Source: Orbicella franksi
Lineage: Eukaryota
Assembly (NCBI GenBank): GCA_964199315.1
Contig: OZ116698.1
Span: 17,236,001 to 17,300,000, forward strand
Direction: 5' to 3'
DNA length: 64,000 nucleotides
Positions within the stretch are counted from its first letter, which is position 1, and each line of letters begins with the position of its first letter. The notes under the pieces are model-generated. The model made no database searches and was not told the DNA's origin. It was given only the letters and a program-made list of their open reading frames with translations. Below are positions 12,729-24,529 of this stretch, piece after piece. The position numbers and the translations under genes are program-made.

Positions 12729-13816
12729 AGTGATTCGATTCAGTACACCAAGCAGCAGTTTGTCTCCTGACGTCTTTTTCTCTGCGTTGTTAACCAACGA
12801 AACAAAGCGATAGACATTTTGACAAGCCGTCGAAAATCACTGTCGCGTTGAGCGGAATCGTTTGCATTACAATTCGCTTAGTCGATACATTCGGTTTGTG
12901 CGAGAAGTATGCCAGATATCCAAGTTATTAGCATAAGACACTTGAACGTCACACACTCTGTTTAAAAACAATACACGATGTTACGTTTTGTGATCAGAGA
13001 TGGCAAACCACTAAGAATGGAATTCTTTTTCTCCGCAAAGGGCGGTTTTCTTTTGTGACAGGGTCACTCGGAAACAAGTTCCTTTTGACTGTTTTGACGC
13101 CCAAGGCGATTACAAACAAAATTATTAAATTCGCATCAAGGACTTTGTATCGCTCTATGCCCATGAAGGCCATTGATAATTATACGGTTCAAATGTTAGG
13201 CCGATTATTGCCTTATTAATTCCAGCTGTGATTTGATCAATCTCCTACGCTCTTTTGTTTGGAAATTCTTGCCTCCCAAATTGTGTGTCAGGGCATCGAG
13301 GTTAGCGTTTTACGTCATCGAGTTGGCGGGTTTCAAGAGTTTTCAATGAGAAGTGGAGAGAGATCAACGACGGTTTTTCTTTTTTCGTCATCTTTTGTTT
13401 GTTTCAGCTGGAAATATGACTACTCTTGACTGGGGGCCATTTATTCTGCTTTATGGGATTTAGTTTATCCTAATTACACGCCAAATACCGTTTGTTATAT
13501 TTTCAATCTTTCCCACGAGTACCGAAGACCTCTTAGCACACTTTTCAACTTGCTGAGTCAATGAAGTAAGCACGAATCCTTTTTAAAGCGAGCTTACATG
13601 AGTTACTTTATTATTATGCCTATGAGTTATTCACCGTGTAGTTCAGAACTGAGCACAAGTGTCGTTTACTAAGCTATGAGTAATTCTTAGCAACATTGGA
13701 TGGGACACTTAACTTCGGAAATTCATACCAAACAAGCATTTTTTCCGCTTCTGACTGCCGGACATTTTGAGTGTTTTTCTTTTCCGTTTTAAAAGTAAAG
13801 TGGCATTGAAACCATG

Positions 13817-13991
13817 CAGCGCATCTAGTTGGACCCCGCTAATTCGAACTCGGTTTTTTTGAATTCTCCGTTTTATTCGAACTCATACCTTTTCCCTTTG
13901 GATTTGCTTTAATATGTCATTTACTATCGACTATTTCGAACTACAAGTTTTCGTTTCCCCTGAGATTTCGAAATAGCGGGGGTGAACTGTA
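13817..13991. mobile_element. Tc1/mariner-pogo-like MITE
   Basis: ...TGGACCCCGCTAATTCGAAC ... TTCGAAATAGCGGGGGTGAACTGTA; ACTG-TA right end, degenerate left end. Confidence 0.6.
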
Positions 13992-15733
13992 CTTTTAAAA
14001 TAGTCAAAATGCCTTTTGTTACTAATTGGCCAGAAGCATATTTAGATTTAAAAGAGCTCAGCAATAGACTGCTTAATTCAGACCGTTTTCATTGTTGTCA
14101 TGCAAACGAATGTTGACGGCAAAGACATTTTATCTAGTCTGGACGAGTGCGATTATAATATAATGATGTCTTCTATAGTTGCCGTTTAAAATAGAATGAT
14201 TCAAAGACGTACGTTTTACGTCAAAATGACGTCATAACACATAAACTGTTGGCAAACTGATGAAATCGTGTCTTATGATCCCAAAAGTTACTTTTAGAAT
14301 ATAAATTGGCCAAGAAGAGTGCATTTTGAACAATTCCAAGTAAATTTATAAAAAAGGCATTGTTTTTTTGACAGTTTGACGTGTGTCGTGACTGCTTTGG
14401 CAGAAATATACCTCATTGAGTGTTATTTTAATAGAAAAAAGCTTAAAACCGAATTTCCTCTAAAATAGAAAGTAGAAGATGACGCCATGACGGACGATTA
14501 CAACCAATTATGAACAGTCCGTTTAGTAAGCAGCAAATGCACAGTGCTCGGACAAAGTTTGGGCGAAGTTATCCCTGAGTTACCTAATTTGAAATCATCA
14601 CCCCCGGTGACAAAACACTCCTGAATTGACACACAATTTTCCACATTGGAAAGGGGGAAAGCTGGGAGTGTTGACAAGTTTTTACTAGTTGCTATGATCG
14701 TAATTTGAAACATTTGCAAGTGTTTCAACTAAATTCGCGTGCTTCTTGATGGCTCTATCTAGCCTCTCAGATTATCAGTTTGCTAATAGTCGAGTCAGCC
14801 AGTGGTCATGCTAAGCAGTGTATTGTGTCGTCTAACTTAATGGCCGCCTTTCTGGGTTGAATAGAGCTTTTACGACGATCCCTTTGCCTATTTTTTTGCG
14901 GAAGAGACTGAGAGTCTGATAGCAGATTGTTATAGGTTATGGCTTTGAAAGAACTTACGCGAGGCTTATCCCCATACTGTACTATATACTCCTCCCAGTA
15001 GACCACCACGCCCGCGAATTTTTTTTTCCGCTTTCAGAGTATCGTTTTATGTCGCTTGTTTGGTTTAAACCAATCAGTTTGTTTTAGATATATCACGTGA
15101 TTGGTTTGAAAAAGGCTCGTGACATCAAAAAAAGTACACTGAAGGCGGCAAATCGTGGTTGTCGCGGTCTAATGGGAAGGGTAGTAACACTTTTCAAAAT
15201 CTCTGAATCATTTCTTCCAATGAAAGTTAAAGACGTCTTGTTGTTAGCACGTAGTTGTAGATCTAAGAGCGTGACGTGGGGTGAAAATAAAACGCCCGAG
15301 GGGTTGAAAAAGTTTCATTCCTTCTCCCTATTGAACTCAAAAAATGTCAGGTCTTAACTCTCGCATAGCCCTCCCTCCCTCTCATAATGTTCCTCGCAAG
15401 AAGGGGAAAGTGTAAAAGACTAGTCTCCGTACGGGATGATCTTCGAAACTCCTTTGTTCAGGTTTTGGACCCATTGTAGGCTCTTGCAAGTATGTCCCCA
15501 GAAAGGCCCTGGCGAAAAGGATCCATTACAAGCAGAGCTCCTGATTACAAGGAATTTCGACGAATCGACCAAACACTCGTTTTGGAACAGACTGAAAACG
15601 CAATTTTTTCGGCCACTTCAGCTAACAGCATGGGCCAAGTCTTGGTGTTCCACTGAACAAACCCCTTTATCGTGCATCCTGATTGACTAACTTGTAGGAA
15701 AATTTGTTAACTGGCCACAGGCTAAGCTAAGGC

Positions 15734-15843
15734 TAGGCTCGATTTCCAGCCGTTTAGTGAGCCCGCGTTCCTTGCCCCGCACCACTCCTCGTTGGGAGGA
15801 GGATAAATAACTGCACTCCCAAAACGGCTGGAAATCGAGCCTA
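15734..15843. mobile_element. 110-bp palindromic MITE
   Basis: Perfect 22-bp inverted ends TAGGCTCGATTTCCAGCCGTTT / AAACGGCTGGAAATCGAGCCTA. Confidence 0.8.
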
Positions 15844-16356
15844 CGTTAAGGCGCGCTGCACTGTAAATTGTACTGTGCGACTGAAATTACATGTTTGTTA
15901 AGAGGAGTTTGATCAAGTTAAAAAAGTGAAGTGCTTAGAAATATGTTCAGGGTTCTCGGTAAAATGCGTTGTTTCACGTGGTGCCACTCACAAATGCGCG
16001 ACTATCGAATTATAAACTTCAGTGTTTTTGTGGCGGGCAATGCAACGTTTTCAAATTTTTTGATCAAAATCTCACATTTGACAGAGAACGAAGACAGAAT
16101 CTTGCTGGCGATCGATCTTTTGCCGAGTAGAGAAATGACGACGAAAGAGAATTTTTTTAAGTCAATGACTTTTATTTCCACGGTAGCACACAGTAAGAAG
16201 TAACACCTAACAGCTCTAACTGATCACATCGTTAATTACTGATCCTTTAAAAGGGTTTTCATAAATGACATATCTTGAAAATTGTTGTAATAATCAATTA
16301 TTGTCCGCAGCGTCAGCACAAGTAGCTTCATAAAAGTGGATTCTCAACTAATGATT

Positions 16357-17090
16357 ACCACTCAATAGCTAGCTTATACAATGATAATGGCTCCTCAAAA
16401 GTTTGAGGGAAAGATATAAGCTACTCAATAGCTCAATACAATGATATTAGTTTCCTAATCACTTGTGCAATGATAACAGCTACTCAATAGCTTACACCAC
16501 ATTGGATTAGTGGACAATGACACTGATGATCAATGATCGATAGGTAATAATTGAATAGCTACTCAATAGCTTAGTACACATTGAATATCGTCAGTGATGT
16601 TATCAATAGCTTAATACTGAAACAATTTAATAGCTACTCAATAGCTTAGTAAACTAATGATAATTAAAAAAATAGCTGAAATAAAATAGCTACAATAATT
16701 AATAAAAATAATTACCTATAATTTAATAGCTACTCAATAGCTTAGTAAACTATAATAATAGTAATAAAAAAAAATAGCTGAAATAAATTAGCTACAATAA
16801 TGAAAATAATTACCAATAATTGAATAGCTACTCAATAGCTTAGGATATCGTCAGTGATTTAATCAATATCTTAATACTGAAACAATTAAACAGCTACTCA
16901 ATAGCTTAGTACTCATTGGATATCTTAGTGATTTAATCGATAGCTTAATATTAAAACAATTAAACAGCTACTCAATAGCTTAGTACACTTTGGATCTCGT
17001 CAGTGATGTAATCAATAGCTTAATACTGAAACAATTAAACAACTACTCAATAGCTTGAAAGTATGGAAATTACAATAGCTCGTCAATAGC
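16357..17090. repeat. Compound AT-rich minisatellite, core (A)GCTACTCAATAGCTTA
   Basis: Ten copies of CTCAATAGCT spaced ~59-97 bp. Two recurring unit types of ~75 bp and ~97 bp with homologous inter-core sequence. Confidence 0.9.
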
Positions 17091-17196
17091 GTGATTTAGA
17101 AATAACAGTTTCAAATTGTTTAACACGGAAAATGTAATCAAAGGCACAATGGCGAATTCTGAAACCTATTGGTTCGCGTCCGGCGTCTCAGCCGTT

Positions 17197-20100
17197 TCAC
17201 ACCTGCACCTCCATTTCGGTTTGCTTGTTTCTTTCCTTGTACCACTTCAGAAGGAGTATTAACAAGATCGTCATCACACCAAGGGCAAAGGAAGCAGTCG
17301 ATGCAAACGTGATGTGAAGGAAGTTCAGGCACACTGTGAAAGAAAGGTAAAGAAAGATAAGCCAGGCTGCCTTATGTTAAGCCAGACTGGCTTATGCTAA
17401 CAAGACATGGGTTGAAGTTCAGTTCTACAAAAGCAAAGGATCAAGGTAAGGCAAAGCCTACGTTTGAGCTTAGTGGCCCATCAGCCCGGCGCTGATCTCC
17501 TGTTTCCCTAGCATTTAAGCTAGTTGGAGTATTTCTACTTTCCACCCCACCTACAGCCTTGGTCACAAGGGTCGGAAAAATTCATTCTTTGCGCATTTTG
17601 CCCCTCCCCATCTAACACAAGTTTGCATTTTACCATTTTCCAACATTGAAAAGGGGAATGAGGCTGCTTACACTTATTCTGTAGGTATTACCGTTAGAGT
17701 AGTATTCATTTGAGTGTCGAAAAGTAATGGGTTTTACATCAACTACGTTACATTATTTGCTTGAAAAACTCGCGCCACTTTTCCATCCAATCAGACGTAA
17801 AACCAAAACCAATTATGACTCGCTCGCACACGTCTTCCCGCGCTTTGCGTCAGCTACATGTAATCACTTTGAGTCTTGATTGGTTCACTGTATTTGTGTG
17901 TTCCCTTTGTGATTGGCTAGAGTGATTATTATTCTGCTACCGAGGAAATGTAACTATATCCAACGAGTTCCGCGTATGATTCCAATGAACGGATATTTGA
18001 GATATTAGCGAAGAGTCTGATGTATGTCAGTGCCTGGGAGTGTTTGCATTTACCTTGATTACTGTCTTTATTTGAGAGTGCTGCAGCTTCTTGCTCTGTG
18101 CGTTCGGATGGCTTTGCTAAAAATGGAATTAAAGTTGCGCTAGATTAGAACTACAATCACACTGTACCACTTTGATCTTTCCGTCTGGATGATGTTGCAC
18201 TGACGCCTAAAACGTTCTCCGTTTCGTGGCTTTTGCTATAAATTGACCGATACCCATAACTTTTGTTTTAAATTGATGTTTCAGAATTTTTGATGCCAGT
18301 ATAAGTTTCAATTAAGGACAAAACAACCAAAATTATTAGGGGCTGAGAGCGCGGGACTGTTGTTTCTCTTACAAAACTCTACAGATATCAACTATTAGTA
18401 TCACCCAACTAGTGGACTAATGCAAATCCTGCATTTTAATTGGCTACGCTACTGGAGGACTATTAGTAATAGTCCTCGGGTAGCGAAATTGGCGAAATGG
18501 AGCGCGACGCTTTCTTTCGCATTATTCCCAAATAAATATTTTTTTCAAGTTGCATTTGCTAACTTTATTATTGCCTTTTCTGTCCGACTAGTTGGGTGAT
18601 ACTAAAACAATTAAACCTTTCGCCCTCAAGGGCCACGGGTCAATATTGACCCGTAGCCCTTGCGGGCTACGGGTCTAATTGTTAATTATCCTGATATAAA
18701 TTTATTAAAGGAAGCGTATCATGTGGTTCAAAACTTTTTTTGGCGAAAAAAGGTTGCATGGAGGAACGGGGCAAAAACGGGGGAAGGACTAGGGAGGGTA
18801 AGGGGGCTGGAAAATATATTTCAGTTTTATGACTTCTATCAACTCCATCAATGCCATCCTGTGGTCCATTATCAGAATGGCCTCCCTGAACAGCCAAACC
18901 CGTTCTGATTTAATACATCCTATCTTACTAGTTTATCGCGTGTATTACCTTTTCTCTCCAGGTTCTTTCGATCCCGCTTAAAACCCACTGGCCACACCAC
19001 AAAGGGACCAGCTGTGATGTCAGTTTCCTCTTGGTATGGGCAGTGCTGTGCTTGTGTTCTGCAGTTGAACACATCTGGATAGGGCAGCTCCTTTCTTCGA
19101 CAAGTTGTCATTGTGCAATGCAGATAAAGGAACTGCTCGAACAGCCCAAAATATTGTCTTAGGTTGAACTTGAATCTTATGGCGACGGCGTCGCCCACGT
19201 GGGTGGGAAGATAGTTGCTTTCAAGGGTGACCGGGCAGCTGAAAAATTCACGAAGGGCAAAATTACCTGATGTATTTATGCACCTGAAAACAGGCCGCAA
19301 ACAATCGCTCCTTGTCTAATCAAAAAAAAAAAAATCTATTTTTATTTGGCTTTTAATCCACATTCATTCGTCCAAATTGAATAAGAGTGCCTGGACTGGA
19401 GCAAGGGGATTGGAGACGAGGCCTAGATGGGGCTCCCCCTCTCAGTCCAGTTTTCCTTCGTTACTCAGAGCGGGAACTTTATTTACAATAAATAAGTGAA
19501 GATAAGTAGGTAAAGTCCTTGTCAGTCCTATTGTAAATGATGAAAGGAGGTGAGTCATCGATGCTGGCGCCCGTTTACTTTGCATTCTTTTGCATGAAGC
19601 GACTTAGCATATAGCTATTCCCTGAAGGAGATTTTGTGTCATCGCAGGTCACTTCCTCAATCCCATTCCCAAAAATGCTTCGGTAACCATATTTATTTGG
19701 GTGGGGAGAGGCACTGTGAGGGTAATGTGCTGTTCAAGAGCACCACACGAGGTCTCAGACCGGGATTTAAATAAGGACCTATCTATCTGCGATCCAACGG
19801 ACCGAAACAATTAAATCATCGCGTAAGATGGGACGTGGGGCAACGCCCTGTATCGCTAGTGAGTGGCTTCACTTACTAACTGTTGATCAATAGAAACGCC
19901 AGCGACGGGCCGTGATCTGTGCAGTTCTTGTACGGACTGATATGACACTCCTTGGGAACGACTACTCGGTCATTGTCGGTAGCTGAAACAAGTTTAATAA
20001 AACCACTATTGAAACACCACAGTCACGGTAAAGTTATCAAAAGATATGAAAATAAACCAGCAGATTATATCTTGATCATAGAGGGGATGAATTTGAAAGC

Positions 20101-21233
20101 CTTTTGGGTGATTTTAAGGGTTTCTATTAGGAAAAATACCTTTCCTACCTTTTACCTCGACGTAAACGTTTGTATTCATGTCAAGATGAATGGGATTAGC
20201 TGGATAACCGTCGTACTTGAACGACTGGTTGAATGAAGCGTTGCTGAAGATTCCCATCTGAACATCTCCATGGACTGCTTTGTTCTCTCCTAAAAAGAAA
20301 ATTAGTTGAGATCAGAAGCAAATAATACTATAAACATCTGTTGAGACTAATTATTTTTGTGTGTAAAATTAAATTAAACGACCTTGTGTTCGTTCGTGGA
20401 GACTCTTTTGACTGAAATCCAACATTTCAACGAAATTTTGCAAAGTGACAGCTGTCATTCACGCTCTAGTGACTCTCAGATTCACAGAAAACCGGCTCAT
20501 TCGTGGACAAATGTCGATTACAAATCAGAACAAAATAATTAGTAAAATAATTAAACCAATTAAAACTTATGCCATTTCAACAAGACAAAACATTTAATTT
20601 GGCAATGTAAAAATTTAGCTAAGTTTCAAGTAAAATAGCATTAAGCCTACCGTTAAATGGAAAAAAAATGCGAGGATCATTTTAGCTTAATGGTTTATAA
20701 TGGGCCATCTTTCGTTGTGTTAGTTGAGGAAGCTCTTCAATGAAAATGCAAGTCCTTTAGTGATTAGTTTCGAGCCAGGCAGCGATATGGTTTAGCCCAG
20801 GGATACAGTGTTTCACTACCCCAGGGTGATTCCGTACAGCGAAATAAGCCAAAATTTCGCTTTATCTTCATTCGCTGATACGCAGATGACACAAATGATA
20901 AATTCATCATGTTCATTTTTTATATGATTTCTCCAAGTTATTAGATTAGCCAAGGTTCACCGTGAAAAGTTTACTCAAACGTCGAGACGCTTCTTCTTTT
21001 AAATTATCCTTAGGCAAATTCTAGTCTTCTAACAGTCAACCTAAATGTTTGAATTATCTGAGAGTATTAACTTAAGTCTCATTTGCGTGCAGTTGTGACA
21101 TAAAGATCCCGCACTGGCACCTAAGTTTTGGCTTGGAGAAAAGCTATTGAAACCTTTAAAAGAGTCAGTAAATTAAAGAATTACCTGTCCAACTTGACAG
21201 CACAATGCACGTGAAAATCAAACACTTGGACAT
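17197..21233 (-). CDS. Type I membrane protein with a single ZP-C-like domain (paralog B), 6 exons, ~261 aa
   Basis: Exons 21233-21185 (MSKCLIFTCIVLSSWTG, signal-like), 20289-20149, 19982-19877, 19238-18949, 18116-18054, 17333-17197; GT-AG, total 786 nt. ZP-C hallmarks: VQMGIFSNASF..YP..IHLDMNTNVYVEV, PKEC, LINSYCP, IRFKF, LYLHCTMTTC, EHP-like DITAGPFVV. TM FASTASFALGVMTILLILLL, basic KWYKERNK, C-terminus EVQV. Confidence 0.8.
17695..17930 (-). mobile_element. MITE, same family as 47796-48076, opposite orientation
   Basis: Reverse complement matches 47820-48070 (AATCACAAAG, CAATCAAAACTC, GCTGACGCAAAGC, TTGGTTTTGGTTTT). Confidence 0.7.
18395..18690. mobile_element. Non-autonomous element with internal inverted repeat and terminal GC hairpin
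   Basis: 19-bp perfect IR 18395-18413 / 18587-18605; 12-bp stem hairpin GACCCGTAGCCC-TTGC-GGGCTACGGGTC at 18648-18675. Confidence 0.6.
19540..19820 (-). mobile_element. Degraded tRNA-SINE copy
   Basis: Reverse complement retains CTTGAACAGCAC..CTCACAGTGCCTCTCCCCACC..TAAATATGG and GTCGCTTCATGCA of the SINE body. Confidence 0.55.
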
Positions 21234-22479
21234 ATTTGAACTTTGTGTTGAAGAAACTACAGTCGAATCTCAACCGATCGACCACGCATTCATAGATCTG
21301 AATCGTGACAACGTTGCCACTGTATGTGACGTCATAGCTCGACCTTACCCGAAATGTACACGAAAAGAGCATAACGTGATATATTTTTAAAGTTACCACG
21401 CTCTTTTTTACTTAAAAATCGAAAAAGAGTTATCGTGTACATTTTCATGGACTGGTGGTAACAGAGTGTGTCAGCTGGGGAGAAAGGAAATATCTGTTCG
21501 TTTATAGGCATACATTTTATCTTTTTTTCTAATTTTTGTTTTTTTTTTTAGATTTATAAAAAAGTTCACTGGCTATATAAAGTTAAAACTTTGGAGCTTT
21601 CGGCTGTCAGACTACTGTGACAACGAGTTTTTTCCGCTCTGAACTCTAAACTGGGAAAGACGGGCGTTGAGGGGCCTAACTGGCTGGAAACTTGTGTGCT
21701 TGACTCTATGAAATCAACTTGACTCGGGAATTAGCTCAGAGCAACTCGCTTGCTGCGGAAGAGGAACTTGTCATGGGTTCCAAAGTACCGTCGGATCTGC
21801 TACAGCTGGAAATAAGGACACTCAGAGAACTTGAACTTCACGCGTTTATTGTTCTCTCTTCAACCTCGACGTAAATCGTAGATGTAAATCGTATTACAAT
21901 GATAGAGCACTACTGCTAGTGAGAAACAAGATTGCATCATCCTAGGTACAATTGAAAGAAGGCTGAATAAAGTCAGCTGCATGATGAGTAAAGCCAGCTT
22001 GAAGCCTAGATAAATTCAGCTGACGAATGGCGACCTTAACAAAGCTAGTTTCGCATATACACCTGCTATTTGTAGTCTCAGCCTAAAAAGCTGTGTTAGG
22101 GCAGCTTAGATTTGTATTTTCAGCCTTGAAAGCTGTGTACAGGCAGCTTGTTCAGCCTGCAAAGCTGTACAGGAAACTTACATCAATTTACCTACGCAAA
22201 GATTAAAGTTTACCGACTTTTTGTAAAATGTTTGTTTGAACAGCGTGAACTACAATTAACTTGAATAGGCACTTTTTTAACGCGATTACATATTCATCTT
22301 AAGCAAACACTGAGTAATTTCTTTTTGAACAAGCTTGCCTAAAGCTAATCAAAACAAAAGAAAACTCTTTTCAAAACGCTAAAGATCGCTTTTATAATTC
22401 CTAAGTTATTTAATCAAAATCCCCCTAACACTACAGCCATCGATGGATAAAAATGGAAAACAAAATGACAACTACAAAT

Positions 22480-22625
22480 CAGTGGCGGATCTAGGGGAGG
22501 GGCGCAGCCCCCCCCCCCTTATTTTGGGTAAAAAAAGAAGAAATGACAGAAGGAAGAAAAGCCGGCGGGGGCAAGTGAAACAAAACCGGGCACCCCCCTT
22601 AGCTCAAAGTCTGGATCCGGCACTG
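22480..22625. mobile_element. CAG...CTG-ended MITE with 5-bp TSD (hAT5-like)
   Basis: CAGTGGCGGATC ... GGATCCGGCACTG; CAAAT at 22475-22479 and 22626-22630. Confidence 0.7.
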
Positions 22626-22724
22626 CAAATATATACAAAAATTAAAATGGAAAAACAAGTGTCAATAAACTAATTGTTCTTTTTGAAAAGAATAGAGTAC
22701 TGATTGGAGAGCGGTCTTGAATTG

Positions 22725-24470
22725 TTATCTGCATGATTTATCGACTAGGAGTGGTGTGCCATACAGAGATAACCCTTGTCCTGTGAGAATATTTTACAGT
22801 CAATAGAGTGATTTGAAGATCAAGCATGTTTAGCGATGTTGGAACGTCTGGGACAAGACTTCATATTCCTAGTGTATTCTTTTGTTCTAGTTTAAAAGCA
22901 TCGGCCAGTCTCGCCTACATAACTCCATGGACAGTTTGCACAAGATATTCGGGATTAAGGAGAAGGAAACTCCTGGTAGTATATAATGTTTTTTCAGTGA
23001 AAACCTTAACTTGAAAAGGTAAGAAATTTCTTAAATTTTTTAAAATAGCCACGTCAATTCGGCATGAAGCGTATCTCTCCAGTCCACACAATTTCTCATA
23101 CTCACTGTTCTTGATTTTCAGAGTCTTTCTGGTCTGTCGCAGTTCAACTAGCTGCACCTGTATAAAGGGCCCTATTGTTATGTCACTGTCTTTTTGGTGT
23201 GGACAGTACTGACTTTGGGTGCGACAGTTGAACTTCCTCATCTTCAGTACCTCGTCCCTCTGGCACGTTGTCATCTTACAGTGAAGGTAGAGAACTTGAT
23301 TTTCAGAACCGGACAACTGGCCAATGGTGAATTTGAACCGTACGGCTTTGTTGTTTGTTGGTAGATAGTCAAAGTCCTCAGCATCAGCTACCGCACAACT
23401 GGAAAAATTCATCTAGGTTAATTTTCAGGTTATTGTTTATCATTGACATGAATTTGTCCCCATTGGCTTAGTCTACAGCTCGATTGATCCATAGCCTAAA
23501 CATTTGCTACTTCAGAGGCAGAGGTATACCGTATCAGTGGGACTAGTCACCCATAGAAAATGAATCTTGTCAAGATTGCCAGTTGGATATTGTAATATAA
23601 TGTAATATCATTACATTAGCCGGTTTGTGTAACAGTGTACAGAAATTGTCCCAACGCCAACTTCCTATTGTGATATCATTCTGGAGTGAGCAGAGTTTTG
23701 GACTGAACGCCCGTGTTTTTCTGTGAACGGCAGAATTTACATGTCAATTACTGCCTGAATTTTGCGCCAAGAATTTGTTCAAGCCGGTTTCCCTGGCATA
23801 AACGATTAGCACTATTGCTAGGTTTTCTCAATAGTAAGACACTGTCACTATTCCAAACATCACAGGTAAGCAATTAGCATTGCCTTGATCTAACGCGGGC
23901 AGTATGTCCCGTTCAATACTTCTCGAAATCAGACCGCTGCATGGGTCCGGAGTTTAATGAAATACTTTCACCATTTTTTATGCCTCTTTGATAATAACAT
24001 TATCGACTTTTCATCTGCTGAAGAAGGGCCAAGCCCAAAACGTTTAGAAAACCAGCAACTACTTGACACTTTAAAGAGCCTTCAGCTTCATATTTTAGTT
24101 CATCGCTTTACTGTCACTCATCAGACGAGTGTTTTTTGCTCGTTTCTACTGATATCCAAATATATTATTATTATTATTATTATTCTTATTATTATTATCA
24201 TCGTTATTATGCGTGTATGGATGGTACCCCTCTATGGGCTGCCTAAATGGGGATGAGCTAGACTGAACAATATCTGTCTAAACATAACGAATCTCGTTCA
24301 ATAAATCTCTAGAAATCAATCATTAAATTAACAGTACATGCAATCCTAGTCCACCTGTCTGTCTGTCTGTCTGTTTGTCAGTCACTCACTCACACTGGTT
24401 CCGTCCGTCCGTCCGCTCGTCCGTAGGTCTCTCCGTCCGTCTCTCATTCATTCATTCAGTCAGTCAGTCA

Positions 24471-24529
<59 letters not shown>

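Noticed and set aside
11761-12813. Plus-strand ORFs 11761-12378, 12080-12394, 12580-12813
   Set aside because: Antisense shadows of the CCDC190-like CDS, partly extended by Ns.
16357-17090. Regularly spaced conserved core resembling a CRISPR array
   Set aside because: Inter-core sequences are homologous to each other rather than unique spacers, spacing is irregular, there are no cas genes, and the context is eukaryotic.
18682-18897. GGHSDNGPQDGIDGVD-like ORF as an extra exon of ZP paralog B
   Set aside because: The available acceptors are not phase-compatible with the donor at 18949.
21181-21399. 72-aa ORF with an FHVHC string read as a third ZP-C fragment
   Set aside because: A different frame of the same bases gives a clean ATG-signal peptide-donor exon (21233-21185) that completes paralog B.
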